Notes under the pieces: generated by a model | The model's database searches: none | Told to the model about the DNA's origin: nothing | Seen by the model: only the letters and a program-made list of their open reading frames with translations | Position numbers and translations under genes: made by a program | NCBI GenBank assembly: GCA_009914755.4 | Contig: CP086569.2 | Span: 8,512,001 to 8,576,000, forward strand | Direction: 5' to 3' | DNA: 64,000 nt | Origin: the human T2T-CHM13v2.0 reference genome, Homo sapiens | Shown: positions 27,176 through 42,682 of the stretch, one piece after another | Position numbering within the stretch: the stretch's first letter is position 1 | Layout of the letters: every line of letters starts with the position of its first letter

Positions 27176-30100
27176 GCATTTATTTACCATAGTACAAGTT
27201 TTCTACCTGTTCTTAGAGTGGTTAATTACAAATCATTAGTTCACCATTATCAGGAGGAGAATTCTTCTAATAAATATCTTGTTTTAATTATATATATATT
27301 TATTTAGTGAAGCTAATTCCCCACCACTTACTCTTTTGAAATTTATCTAATTTCATGTATTTATTCTCCCATGAGAACTTTAGAATAATTTTGTCAATTT
27401 ATAAAACAGAGTTTCATTGCACTTATTTATTTATTTGGAAGAGGTGACATTGTTTTACTAGGATTTTATCAGAGTAAAAATACATGACTTGAAAATAATG
27501 ATAATTTGAGAACACTGTTTTTGATTTTTATAACATGTCTTTTTATCTTTGTCATGACATTTTAAATACAATGGCTAATTTTTTCAATTTTAACATGAAA
27601 CTGACTAATGAATGGACTCTTTTTAAAAGAAAACAATAGGCATGTATTTTTCTATTTCTCAGTTACTTTTTTTAATTGGAAATTAATGTGGGATTTTATT
27701 CATATCCTTCTATTTTTCTTTTTCTTTTAACTAATATTTATTTTTTCTCTCCTAGATGGCAGGCAGTCATATATTGTAGGTATCACAATGAACAAAAGAC
27801 AGTGAGACAATTTGTAAGCTTTATTGGATCTTATAGTCGATATCAGTCAGGGTCTTAGCAAAAAACAGATGGCATACTCAAAAGTTACTACTACTCCTAG
27901 GCCTAAAGAGGCAAAGGGAGGAAATACTTTCTGGAGCATGCAGTGAAAGTTGTATCTGTGTGAAAGTTTTGACCACGGGAGCTATTAACAGATAGACAAA
28001 TCAGCCCAGACAACTTGCAGCCTATAAGAGAAGGAAACAAAGGAATTAGTACTTCATTCTCTTCTTCCACCCTCAGATATCTTGACAGTATTTTCCTTTG
28101 GCCAAATCTAGTTGGAAGCTAGAGGGTAAAGAAGCCCAAGCAGGCCAGATTCATGGAAAATAGTACAACATGGAAATAGATAGAGAATCAATCTATAGCA
28201 AAAACTAAAGAATAAGCAGCACATAATATATGGAAACTGGCATTCAAGTAGGTAAGCATTATATAGAGTGATAAGTGCTATGTTAGAGGAAGTTCTGCAT
28301 GGCATTACGATTTTTAGAAGGGGCATCCCTGATTTGCTACTCTGTAGTAACTCTTGGAAAGGTGTTGTCCACCTGTTCTTCTCTAATCTGATCAATTCAT
28401 ATTCAGTAATTTTAAAAAACATTTTATTATGCAAATTTTTGAATCCACACAAAAGTAAAGAGAACAGTAATTAGTTATGATGTATACATCATGCAGTCAA
28501 CAACCATCACTATCTTGGAATTTTGAGCCTTCTATCATCCAACTACTCTTTTAATTTTATTTGAGAAGGGTTTATAAAATATTACAGCATTATGTTATTT
28601 TACCAGAAAATACTTAAATGCACATCTCTGACAATAATATTTTAAATAGATTTTACATATCACCATGTCATTATCATACTTCATAACATTAACTTATTAT
28701 CCTAAGAAAATTAAATTCTTTAACACCATCTAATATTATCTATACACAAATATCCCTCAGATCATGCAACTGATTGAGAGAGAAACCAGACCATTTATCC
28801 TATAGATCATCCCACATTCTGAATATCACAGATTGGTTCCTCATGACCTCATTTAATATATTCCTCTTTTTCTGGTATTTCCCATAAAATTGTGTGTAGC
28901 TATAGAGCCTTAATTGTATTTTGGTCCAATTTTAGGCAAGAATATTTAGTGAGCGGTGGTGTGTACTTTTCATTACATTACCTTGGAGGCACATAATGTC
29001 TGATTGTCCTTTTTCCAGTAATGAAAACTGTTATTGTGGGTTCAGATTATGTCAACCTGACCCTTCCATCACCAAATTTCTCACCAACAATTCAACTAAG
29101 GTTTTTAGAATTAAGTGATTATTGTTGTCAAGGTACATTATGCCTTTAGGGGATATAAAATGGAGATTTTCTTGTTCTATCATTCCTTTTGAATCCATCA
29201 GTTCAACAAAGGACAACTTTCTCTCCTCAGTAATTAGCTTATCTTAAAATGCACTTCATCTGGAAAGGGAAGGTGAATGCTTAAGTTTTCCACTTCATCT
29301 GTTTTCAGAAAAATGGGTTGATACCTTAGCAACTTCCCATGGTATCTAATAAGTTTTTATCACTCTCAATTTATTTATTTTTATACATGTGATGTGTTTT
29401 TGACCATTGAAGTTATTATGCCATTTTCTGTCCAGTGGGAGTTCACTAAGTTAACATGTACATTAATATTTTACTTAACTTGAAATCGAGATCTCTCTTT
29501 GAATTATACTCGCTCCCAAAATCTATCCCTTTGAAAATACTCTATGTTGCTACTAGATTTTGACTGAATGTCACATGAACACACTTGAATGCTCTAACCA
29601 CTAGCCATATATTGGATAGAGTTCCATATTCATTCTAACTTTTCAAGACATCACCAATTGACTCCAGTTCAGTTGTATGTCAGACATGCCACTTAACTGA
29701 AATTTGATTTCTATAGCTTGTCATGCCTACAAATTCGGTTTATACTCATTGTTATGGAATTTGGAGTTCTATATGATTTGTCCTTAAACTTATTTCTCAT
29801 TACTACTTCACCCTACCTCATTGCTGCCCTATTTGTCTTTTTCAGCTTCTGAAAGGCAGATCCTTATTGAATACTTCCTGCAAGTCTAGGTTTGTGGAAG
29901 TTTCTGAGCTAATTTGGGAAAGGGTAAAGGGAGTTGAAATCAAAACAGTAAGAGATGTACTCACATTTTTTTGCTAATTCCTCTAACTCCCTTTGCTATG
30001 GCTCTAGGCTCACCAAAAGAATACTGTCGGTTATGGGTCTTTCTAAGTAGATCTTACTTTCAAAAAGAGACTGCTCTCACCAAAGTAATTTATTGCCTAT

Positions 30101-31640
30101 TTCTCTTTCAGTTATGTTTTTTTCATTATAAATAAGTTCCTGGCATTTTCATTACAGGTAGCTTTCCATGCTGTATCTTTTACATAGAGAAAGTCCATAG
30201 AAAAAAAAGATGCCTCATCTACAGTGCCTAGTTATTATCATAGTCCTGTTTTTCACTGCAAACTAATTATTTGTATTTCTGATCAGTCTTGTGAGCCAGC
30301 ACAATGTGAATCTACCCACTCTCTGAGTGCTGATAACTTAGATCACTGAGTCAAAAAGGCTGCAGAGTAGATCTCAGGTGTTGGCATCATGATAATGAAT
30401 ATACCCGTGTGAGATATCAACAGCCTTTCCCCTGGTGGCACAAGTCTTTGTGTTAGCCTTATCCTCATCTATCTTATTTGAACTTCTGCAGGCACAATTT
30501 ACAAGGCATCACAGATTAGATTATGCTTTGATCCAATTATTTTATTTTATACATGAGAAAACTGAAGCCCTAAGAGGAAAGGACTTTTCTGAGATTACAA
30601 AGTCAAGAAAAAGCCACAATTTATTCCAAGTCTACTGATACTCAGTTGAACATTCCTTGCCTGATGGTTCTAGATGGATGAAAAAGCATTTTCTTATTAT
30701 CATTAGGATTTCATAAATATTCATGGATTATACAATTCTAGTGATGCCTGAGACCTTAGAGACCATTTAATCTATTGTATCTCAACAGGGATCTATGGAC
30801 TAGAAATATTAGAATGATCCCTGGACATTTTCATTCTATGGAACCGGGATGAGGACAAAAAAACTGTTTTTTATAAAAATGAAAACTTCCCAGGTGATTC
30901 TGCACAGTAAGACTTGGAAACCCTTCCTATTTTATAATTCCTTACATTTGCTGATGAATTAACAGGGCTAGGAAGGAGAAGAAATCTTTTCTTTACACGT
31001 AATTTCTTGCTTAGGGTCTTGATCATACCACAGTTGACTTTCGAGCAGTTATTTAAAACTCCAGTACTATGTACTGGAAGAGATTGAAGCTGTTCAGTAT
31101 GGAAGATCTATGTTAGGGATGCAACACCTAGAGTAAATCCTGGAGCAGATTGTGAAGTCAGTCGAGAATGTCATTTGGGCACAAGTGTTTTTTGCTTCTA
31201 TTGCTGAAATATGCATAACTTATGCTGTGGGACATATTCAAACAGGCAGAAAGCTGTTAGAAGAAAGCAATTAGAAGGAGGCAATCACACACCTTGCCAT
31301 CACTGAATTTAGAGAAATAATAATTGAAGTTGTCATTAAAGTCAAAGCTGGATGCATTTTGGAAGCGTAATCAGGTTCTGAAGGGCCCCAGTGCAAATTA
31401 TTCACGTCTTTGGAGGTTGTTCTCAGCTACATGCTACAATTAGGAAAGTAGGTTGTACTTTGATACTTATAGATAGTTCTGGTTCTGTGACATTAACCCA
31501 TTTTAGAGGCTCATATGCCTATATCAATTGTCTATGCCAATACCTCCTCAGATGTGTATCTGTACATGATTTTTCTTAATGATATTGCACACTTTCACAT
31601 GTGAGGCACAACCATAAGTCATTTAAAACAGGACTATGAA

Positions 31641-31702
31641 TAGCCAGGCAAATTCATAACCTCTTTTAAAAAGGGAATAGTTAAATGAATTATAGTAGAG
31701 TC
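31641..31702 (+). repeat. First copy of a 60-bp near-identical direct repeat. Its partner is at 33172-33231.
   Basis: tagccaggcaaattcataacctcttttaaaaagggaatagttaaatgaattatagtagag appears twice, about 1.53 kb apart, with 1-2 mismatches. Confidence 0.85.
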
Positions 31703-31867
31703 AGATAAGGGAGTAAGACAACTTGTATAGGTTTAACATAAAAGGTAAATTTACTTAGTGGTATTTGTTCAGAGGCAAGAATTATCATATTCAATTTGTG
31801 GAAGATAATGAGAAAGATTGATGGCATATGAGGTAGGCCTTGGAGAATGGGGTGGGTAGAGACTGAC

Positions 31868-31925
31868 AAGAGAGACAGAGGAGAGAGAGAGAGAGAGAGA
31901 GAGAAGCAAGAAGGGAGAGAGAAAG
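31868..31925. repeat. (GA)n-rich purine microsatellite.
   Basis: Direct reading: gagagacagaggagagagagagagagagagagaagcaagaagggagagag. Confidence 0.85.
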
Positions 31926-33171
31926 AATGAACTAAAGCATTCATTCCAGGCTTCCAGGCTTCCAGGCTCAGAGAACTGTATGAATAATGCTACAGATGAA
32001 TGACAGTACAAAATAGATCAGGCTAACCCAGAGACTTATCCTGAGCAGATATTATTTGAAAGGACAGTACATCCTCTACGTTTCCTTAAGAAGCTTTCAC
32101 TCGAAAGCTCCTGTCTTGCCCTTTCATAGATTGGTTGTAAACAGAGAGGTGTAGTTGAACATCACCTGTAGAACAAATAGGGTATTAACAGAAACCTAGA
32201 ACTCTGACAATGATGCTATAATTGTGTGGAAGGTGGGTCAGTAGTGTTAAGAAAATAGGAGTAAAGGATTTAGAAACAGAAGGGTAAATTTGCAGTCTCT
32301 TCATTGTTACTAATTAACCATGTGACCTTGGGTTTTTACTCAATGCCTTTTGCGCATTGCTTTCTTTCTTTATAAAAATAGTATGAAAATGCCTCTACTT
32401 TCTAGGTCTGTGGATTGCTGTGAAAGTCAAATAAGATAAATGCAAATTTTGGTGTTATTATTAGAAGTAATAATGGTAAAAAAGATTTTTTATTTATGCT
32501 GTGTAAGATATTTTTTCATACTTTTTCAAAATATCAATTCTGTAGTGTCATAAATAATTTTATTAAATGAATCACTGGTACGAAGATCACATTCTGATTC
32601 ATAAGTCCTGTCTGGATGACTTAGAAATATTTAACTGTTAATATGAGTATGACAATCCAGCAGAATGAATCATTAAGGAGGAAAAAGAACCCATTTTATG
32701 CATCAGACAGATTTCAGTAGCTTACGTTGTCTACCCGCAGGAGCTGGACACAATGGTTCTTGCATATTTTGGATTCAAATGCATTTTTATTATTATTGTA
32801 CCCCTGAAGCTAGGTTTGGAAAGGCAACATTTTTTACTTAAGACAACTTAGGAAAAAAAAAACTATTTCTAAGTTATCACATTGGAAGGGTTGTCATGAG
32901 ACGATCATGTTATTTTATTTGCCAAATATGAATACATTTCCTCAGTAATGTGCTTTTGAATTTCTGTAGTTGTTGTGGTTTTTAGAGAAAGAAGATACTG
33001 TTCTAAATAAAATAAAGAACATGCTCAAATAACCAACTAATAAAGGGATGAAAATAATCAATTAACATTGAGAGGCTTGTTCACTCTCACTGGTAATCAA
33101 ATAAATGCAATGTAAATAAATCATTGAGTTATTATTTCAAACTATCGAATTTGTAAAATTTAAAAGAAAAA

Positions 33172-33231
33172 TAGCCAGGGAAATTCATAACCTCTTTTAA
33201 AAAGGGAATAGTTAAATGAATTATAGTAGAG
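33172..33231 (+). repeat. Second copy of the 60-bp direct repeat.
   Basis: See the entry for 31641-31702. Confidence 0.85.
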
Positions 33232-36200
33232 TGATTCAAGTACATTCTAAAGAATAGATGGCAGTGAGGAAATAATCATTATAAATACATAAAACAATCT
33301 GATATACAATTGGTGATCTGCAAGGAAATGTGGGGAAAAGGCAGTAGCATTTACTTCTGAATGGTTGTACAATTTTTAGAGCTTTATAAACTCAGTTTCT
33401 GAATTTTCTGCAATGATTATTACTGTTATTATCAATAAAAATGAGAAAACAAAAATACATGTGTATGCACTCATGCATGAATGCACCCTACATCTTCTAG
33501 AGTTTCTTGGTACTTAATTACAGTAAAACTATAATCTACCACAAAATGACAGCAGCATGCTTTATTGAGCTGCAGTCATGCATGTGGCCTGTTTATTCTT
33601 TTTTTTTATCAACCTATACTTCTTGTTTGGCTTTCTGTACTATAGGTATTTGATATTATAAATATTAATATTATAGATATTTGCAGGTTACATATTTCCA
33701 GTTACCTAGCCACAGATATCAGTGGTGGTATGTGCACTAACTACTACACTCATTTGGGACATAAATTTACATAACAGAAAGGCTCTTGTTTTTGTAATTT
33801 AAATGCACAGGGTTATTTTATTCTATGGGAGCAAGCAGAATTGAATTTAAACTGGCATTTTTCTCTATAGACCTGGGAGTATATTTTTTTTTTGAGATGG
33901 AGTTTGCTCGAATTTTACCTAGGAATGCACTATTTTATTATTTTATAGTGAATAATATCTGTGATAAGCATGCATTACATTACTACTTTCTGAGTCATGA
34001 ATACTACCAAGTAAATATCTCAAATTTATAAATTTTAATGCAATTTTTATTTCTGAATTGATCTTGTGTTTTTTTGATAGAATATACCTAAAAGGCTTAA
34101 AGTGCATATAACTGAGCAGTTTTCTTTTATGTAATGATGCAAAGTATATGAATAGTATGTAATCTGATTCAGCAAAGAGACAAGAGTTTATAGCCAAAAG
34201 ATTTGTGCTTTGAAGTTTGGAAATAGCTCTTATTATGAATTTTTGATCTTGGGTGGGCTATTAACTATGAGTCCTGGTGTCCTCATCCATAAAATGGTAT
34301 TAACAGCACCTGCCTTTTTTGCTTTTCAGGTTTAGAGACTTGAAAAATAAATAATAATACATGGAAGTTGTCTAACACCTTCTGTACCCAGCTTGACCAC
34401 ATACTCAGGTTTTTGGTAATTAGCACAATTAAAGTGAACCAAGGGGGAACAAGTTGCTGATTTAATTTGGGGTTACATTGTCTTCACCCTGTGTCATAGG
34501 CTAATTTAGTCCATGCATTCCTTAAGTATGCATGTCTATTTAAGAGATTAGCTGAGAGTGGCTGATATTCAATGTCAGTTTATCTCAGCTGTGGGAAAAC
34601 AATCCCTGTGTGTACCCTATCTGTGCTTGTGAGTCCACAGTGGGATTTTGTGTACAGAACAGCATGTTTATATTTACAAGATTGAAAATGTAGGTGAAGT
34701 TCATAAGCATCGGAAATAATTCTTTCTTCGTGAAAGCTGTCCTGCTCTTCTGGCATTCTTCTTTGTAACATTGAGTTTCACATATACTTTCCTTGTTACA
34801 TTGCAAACTCCATGGGGTCAAAGTGTGTGTTAGTTTTGCATACTACTGAGTCTGTTGTGTCCATTACAGTGCTTGACACACAGCAGATGCTCAGTAATTA
34901 TAATCGAAATTATCCACATACACACATATAAATATATATATATAAAATATATAAAAACAATTGACTGACAGACTCATTAATTCCCACTACCCACCTCCTA
35001 GTTCCTAGCATAGTGTCAGGTACTTATTAGGTGAACAATAGATAGTGACCATGTCTTCTTTATATTATTTAGCCTGAATTTCCAGCAATAAATCCCTGGA
35101 CAAAGTCTGTTGTTTATAGTACTATACCATAGATACAGGATATGTTTCCAGCAATAAATCCATGAACACAGTATGTATCTTATACAATCAAACCATGTGC
35201 CCAAGGTGACTCTTCAGCAGTAAATCAGTGTACACTACCTGAATCTCATAACCTTATCCTGTGGACACAAGCTGAGTCTCCAACAGTAAATCCATGCACA
35301 GAGACTGTAACTTCCACAGTCACACCATGGGCCAAGGAAGTATCTCCAGCAGTAATTCCATGGACACAGCCTACACCTTCTGTAATCGTACCTTGGACCC
35401 AGGTTGAATGTCCATCAGTAAATACCTGGAGAACATCCATAGCCGATACCATCACACTATGGAAAGGGGCAGAATTAACCTCAGGATATCCATGGATACT
35501 GCCTTGGGTTGCTACTGTCACACTATGGGCACAGTCTGAATCTCCAGCAGTAAATCTTTGGACACAGTCCATGTATGACAGAGACACACCATGGCCTCAA
35601 GCTGAATCTCCAGCAGTAGTTTACTGGACAGAACCTGTAGCTGATACACACAAACTGTGGACTCAGTTTGAATTTTTAACAGTAAAGTCTTGGATCCAAT
35701 CCATATCTGATACACTCATACCATAGACCTAGGCTAAGTCTTCAGCACTAAAGCATTTTACACAGGCAATAGCTTATACAATCAAATTGTGGAACCAAGT
35801 CAAATCACCTGCCATAAATATCTGGAAAGAATATGAAACCAATATGTTCACACAGTGGACTGAGGTTGAATCTCCAAAAGTAAATGAGGGGACACATCCC
35901 ACATCTACTACAGTTATGCTACTGAACCAAGTTAAATCTGTAGGAGTAAATCCCTCCGCAAAGCTTGAGACAGAAATTCTCATACTGTGGACCCAGGCTC
36001 ACACTAAAATCAACAATCCCTGCACATACACTCTACTTGATAGAGTGACATCATTGGCTAAGGATGTTTGTGTAGCAGTACATCCACGGAGGTAGTCTAA
36101 AACTGAAATAGTCACATCATAGGCCCAGGATCTGTTGCCAGCAATAAATCCCTTAACAGTGGCTGTACCTGGTAGAGTCACACTGCAGTACATGGCTGTA

Positions 36201-36534
36201 TCTCTAGTAATAATTGCCAGGAGAGAGGATCTAACTGATACAGTCATAATATAGACACAGATAAAATTACCAGTGATCAGTTTCTGGTTACAACCTCTGC
36301 CTGGCACAGTCAAACTGTGGACCCAAACAAAATATCCATCAGTATCACTTGGAACCAGGCTGAATTTCCAGCAGGAAATCCCATGATACAATCTAAGCCT
36401 CCACTTGTAAAGATATGAACAGAGTCTGAATCTCCAGCCCCAAGTCCTCTGTTACAGGCGGAAACGGATATAGCCATACCATGGACCCAGACTGAATCTT
36501 TGGCAGTAAATCCCTGGACAAAGCCTGCTGCTGA

Positions 36535-36883
<349 letters not shown>

Positions 36884-37327
36884 CATTAATCTTCTTTTCA
36901 CAAACTTTTCATGCTACACTGAAAGCATGGTTTCAAACTGAATGTCTACCAGTAAATACCTGGACAGAGGCTGCTGCTTCCAAACTTATACCCTGGATCT
37001 AGGCTGAATTTCCAGCAATAAATCCTTGGACAGAGACTTTTGCTCATACAGTAACAATTTTGGCACAGGCTGTATCTTCAACAGTGAAGACCTGGCCACA
37101 ATCTTCATTTAATACAACCAGATTATGGTCCCAATCTGAATCTGCAGCATTAATTACATAGATACAGCCTGCATCTGACACATGCATAGGACTGATCCAA
37201 ATTGAATCTTCACTAGTAAATACCTGGATACTGCCTATATCTAATACATTAGCACAGTGGACCCAGCCTGTATCTCTAGCAGTCAATCTGTGAATAGAAG
37301 CAATAGCTTCCATAGTCACACCTTGGA

Positions 37328-38415
37328 CTGTTGTGGGAAGTCAGGGACCCCTAACAGAGGGACAGGCTGAAGCCACGGCAGAAAAACATAAATTGTGAAG
37401 ATTTCATGGACATTTATTAGATCCCCAAATTAATACTTTTATAATTTCTTACACCTGTCTTTACTGCAATCTCTGAACATAAATTGTGAAGATTTCATGG
37501 ACACTTATCACTTCCCCAGTCAATACCCTTGTGATTTCCTAAGCCTATCTTTACTTTAATCTCTTAATCCCATCATTTTCTTAAACTGAGGAAGATGTAT
37601 ATCGCCTCAGGACCCTGTGATGTTTGTGTTAACTGCACAAATTATTTGTAGAGCATGCGTGTTTGAACAATATGAAATCTGGGCACCTTGAAAAAAGAAC
37701 AGGAAAACAGCAATTTTCAGGGAAGAAGAGAGATAACCTTAAACTCTGACCACTGGTGAGTCAGGCAGAACAGAGCCATATTTCTCTTCTTTGAAAAGCA
37801 AATGGGAGAAATATCGCTGAATTCTTTTTCTCAGCAAGGAACATCCCTGAGAAAGAGAACGTGTACCTGACGATAGGACTCTAAAATGGCCCCTTTCGGT
37901 GTGGTCGTCTTCTATGGTCCAGCCGTAGGGAGGAAATAAGCCCCAGACTCCCATAGCGCTCCCAGGCTTATTAGGACAAGGAAATTCTCACCTAATAAAT
38001 TTTTGGTCAGACTGCTTGTCTGCTCTCAAACACGGTCTCCTGATAAGATGTTATCAATGACATTGCAGGCCCAAAGCTTCATTAGCAATTTTAATATCAC
38101 CCCAGTCCTGTGGTCCTGTGATCTTGTCCTGCCTCTATTTGCCTTGTGATATTCTATTACATTGTAAAGTATGTGATCTCTGTGACCCACACCATATTCC
38201 TACACTCCCTCTCCTTTGAAAATCACTAATAAAAACTTGCTGGTTTTACGGCTCGGGGGGCATCACGGAACCTACCGACATGTGATGTCTCCCCCGGATG
38301 CCCAGCTTTAAAATTTCTCTCTTTTGTACTATTTCCCTTTATTTCTCAAACCAGCCAATGCTTAGGGAAAATAGATAAGAACCTACGTGAAATATTGGGG
38401 GTGAATTTTGCCTGA
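37328..38415 (+). mobile_element. Solo LTR of ERVK type (tgtgggaagtcagggacccc ... aataaaaacttgctggttttacggctcgggg...). The family is not resolved (LTR13/LTR14-like?). It sits inside the tandem array and contains an internal duplication of roughly 50-70 bp (cataaattgtgaagatttcatggaca... twice).
   Basis: The TG...start is present. U3/R-like features are present (aataaa at about 38230). No internal retroviral sequence follows. The flanks are array units. Confidence 0.7.
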
Positions 38416-41400
38416 TATCTGGCTGAATTTCCTCTGATATTGGACCAAAGCTTTGCTTCTAGGAACAAAACACTGGACACATCTTGTATCTGATATACTA
38501 GCACTGTGGACCCAGGTCGATTCTTCTGCAGTCATTCCCTCCACAGGCAGTATGTGACACAATTATACTGTGACTGCATGCTGCAGTCTCCAGTAGGAAT
38601 TACTTGGACACAGACTGTATCTGATCTTTTTATATTGTGGAACCATGATGAATCCTCAGCAGAACATCCAGGGGCATGGACTGTAGTTTCCACAATGTTA
38701 CCATGTACCCAGTTACCCCTTCAGCAGGAAAAACCTGGACACTACCTGTGTCAGAATCAATTACTCCACGGACCCAGTCTAGGTCTCCAGTAATGAAAAC
38801 ATGGACAGAGGCTGCAGCTTCCACACTCTTGAAGTGGACTCATGATGATTTTCCAGATGCAAATTCTTATACAGAGACTGAAAGGGGCACATGTTGGACA
38901 ATGCGTAAAACTGAAGCTAAGAAACTCTGGAAAATGCCTGAAGCTAAAATATTTAGAGTTTCATTACCAACTCAACCTCATACTCACGACCTGTGATTCA
39001 TGAAGAAAATCAAGCACCTATTTTATGGACACATCATGAAATTGAAAATATCAATGAACGGACATTGTCTGAATTTGAAACACTTATATCCTGGATAGTG
39101 CCTGTGCTGCAAGCAGCAGAACAATGGCCCCAGCCTGAAGCTCTGCTTAGCAGACTTTCATTTAAAACTGGCACAAAGCCCTAGGTCTTCGGTCAAGTGC
39201 ACCCTTTCCTTTCCTGGTTCAAGGGAGTGACACAGTCTAGCCATGCTCCCTGGTACAAGCAAGAGCCCATGACTACCTCTGCTTCTGTGTCCCATTAAGT
39301 CTCTACCTCTACAAATGCTTTGGTTTTACTTCCACTCCTGCTTTTACTTGACCACACTTCTCTCTGCCACAGCCTCAGAGTAAGGCTCAAAAACTTGGTA
39401 GGGGAAGTAATGGAAGAAGAGAATTGAATTAGAAAAAAGAGAAGGAAGCAGAGAAGGAATGCTCTTCCTGAGAAATACATGAGTTTTTTATCTATCAAAT
39501 CACAGAAATTATTCTTCTTATGGTTTACAAAGGCATTTCACAATTGATCTATGATTAAATTTCCACAGTATCCCTGTATGATATAGATTACTGTATAATA
39601 TAGGTCATATAACATGATTATTATAGTTATCTTAATTTCTTACTCTTATACTAGTTAAGTAGAATGGATTGATCAAGTTCTTATGGCAGAAGACGAATAG
39701 GACTAACATTAAGACACACTCTCCTAACACAAACAAATTTCTTTTCTACCACACAGTATCCTACATGTGTAATAGAATTATTTTAAATTGAGTATATTTT
39801 AAGTTAAAGATATTATGATGTTTGGAAGCAGCATAGCAGTTGCTAAATAATGTGTTTTATGTGCTGGTGTACTAGACTGTACTACATTGTGATTATCAGT
39901 TTTCTCCTTCCCTTGGCTATCAGAAAACCTATCACAATATTAGCAATGGATATTTCACATTATTGTATATTCATTTATTTCCATAGAAACTGAAGGATCT
40001 CTTTTGGTGTCATGTAATAAATGTGCAATTAACCACAGCTATTTTATAGCTAACACACATTGTCATAGCTACAGTGAATAATACATTAAAACACAAAGGA
40101 GGTCACAATTATTTGCTCACATCCTACAAAGTCTAATTCAAAGACAACTACACTTAAGATCATAGTTATGCTTCTAATTTCATCTATATTTCCTCACCCC
40201 TTCTAGAGAAAGCTTATCTTCATCATTTTTATATCTATACATTTATTAACCAGCATTTCTTCAACTCAGTTTTCTGAGAAATTCTCAAATATTTTTTTAA
40301 AATATGAGCTCTTTCCTTAACCCCAAACTTGAATGTTCTATTTAAACTATAATTTTGATATCACACTAAGATTGTATGTTGAGGAAGATAAGCCCCCACC
40401 AATTTAGGGACAGGTGCCCTATCTCCAAATTTTTCTTTATTTATCTAATATCTCCAAATCAAATCATTTTTGTTGCCTATCTACTTTGACAACTTTTAAG
40501 TAGCTAAAATCATAACTATATAAACGTTGCAATGGGGAGAAAGCTGGAATGACTTCCAACACTTTGACTAAATAAATTTAAGCTAGGACATAAAGAAACT
40601 ATGAACTTGGAAACATAACAGGAGGATAACATTTTTTTAAAGAAAAACATTTAAAAAATGGAAAAGAGGTAGTAATTTGTGTATGCTAGTCATATTTAAC
40701 AATGCTGACCTTGTTAGCAGAAATAGGAGGGATCTAAAATTTTTAAAACATGGTCTACATAGGGCAATTATACTCAAATTAATTGTGTGAATTTTCCCCT
40801 AGGCTTTGGCAGATCAGATTTATCTGTGATATGCCATGCCTTGGAAGGCTATGATCATCAGCTGTGGCACAGACCTGCAATGGTTCCATACTTAGCAGCT
40901 CTTGGGTACTCACAGCTGCCCACTGTGTCAGGAACATGTAAGTTTGTGCCTGCCTCTTCCCATACTCTATAATTCATTATCCCATAATTACGTTGCTGAA
41001 AGTTTATCTGTCCAAATACACTTCTGTAATGCATGACCATATCACTTATACAGATACCTTTTTTTTTTAGGCTTAAAAGAAATTGCCTCACTGTGTTTGG
41101 CTTATTAGTACCTCTGTTAGTTAATTCCTCTGCAATCCCATTGTCTGTGGACTCTTTATTCATAGATTTCTGATTTCAGTGAAGATGAGCTACGGACCTT
41201 GTTTATCATGACTAAAACAATATGCTGGAAAGCCTGATGTAGGTTTAAGGTTCAGGTTTTCTAATGAATGTACTGTAATAAATCTTTGCCTATGAACTCA
41301 GGAATCCTGAAGATACTGCTGTGTTACTGGGCCTGAGGCACCCTGGGGCACCACTGAGAGTTGTGAAGGCGTCTATCACTCTACTGCATGAGAGGTTCCA

Positions 41401-42019
41401 GTTGGTGAGTGGGGCAGCAAGAAATGACCTGGCATTGCACTCCTCCAAGATGTCCAGACCCGCTTTCAGCTCTTATCACTCTTGGGCTATCTGAAGAACC
41501 TGAATAGCTCAGAATGCTGGCTCTCTGGGCCACAAATCATTATACCAGGTCATTGGATAATTTTCTTATTAGGATAGTAGTTCTAAAAAAATGAGGTTCA
41601 TATTTTTAATATTACAGTTCAAGGCATAAGTATAATCACATTTGCATATATTATTAATTATAAGATATTTAATCCACATCATAGACCCACTAGGAGGTTT
41701 GTTTTTGGTTTATAAGATGATGGTTCTGATGATAACTTCACAGGATTTTAGATGTAACAAAAGTTATATGAGGAACTTTCTCTGTACAGTCTAGTTTTGT
41801 AAAGCAAAGTAGAGACGATTTCCTTCCCAACTCTTTGCTCACTTTGGAACAAAGGAAAAGGAAGTGTTTTGTATTGTTTTGTTTCATTTTTACCTCTTTA
41901 TGAAAATCTACTCGAAGTTGACTTGGAATTTTGAATTTCAAATGTGAAAATTGACTTGTTAATTTTGCAAAATGGAATTTAAAAAATTATTAAAAAGTGA
42001 CAAGGCTGTCTCCATTGAC

Positions 42020-42303
42020 TCACCACTGTAATTTCAGCAATTTGGGAACTTAAACTAAGAGGACACTGAGTCCAGGAATTTGAGACCAGCTTGGGCAATA
42101 TAGCAGGACTTCATCATTAAGCACGTAAACAAAAACATAGCCTGGTTGGTGTTGCACACATGTAGTCCTAGCTATGTGGGAGGCTGAGGCAGGATGATAG
42201 CTTGAGTCCAGGAGGTCAAGGCTGCAGTGAGTGAAGATTGTGCCAATGCATTCCAGCCTGGGTGACCAACCAAGAACTTGTCTCAAACAAACAAACAAAA
42301 AAA
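42020..42303 (+). mobile_element. Old Alu (AluJ/S-like), sense orientation, with an (AAAC)n tail.
   Basis: caccactgtaatttcagcaatttgggaa...gagaccagcttgggcaatatagcagg...agcctgggtgaccaaccaagaacttgtctcaaacaaacaaacaaaaaaa. Confidence 0.85.

Positions 42304-42682
<379 letters not shown>

Noticed and set aside
33883-33915. A 30-bp Alu-like snippet (ttttttttttgagatggagtttgctcg).
   Set aside because: It is too short to call as an element. It may be a truncated Alu 3' end or chance similarity.
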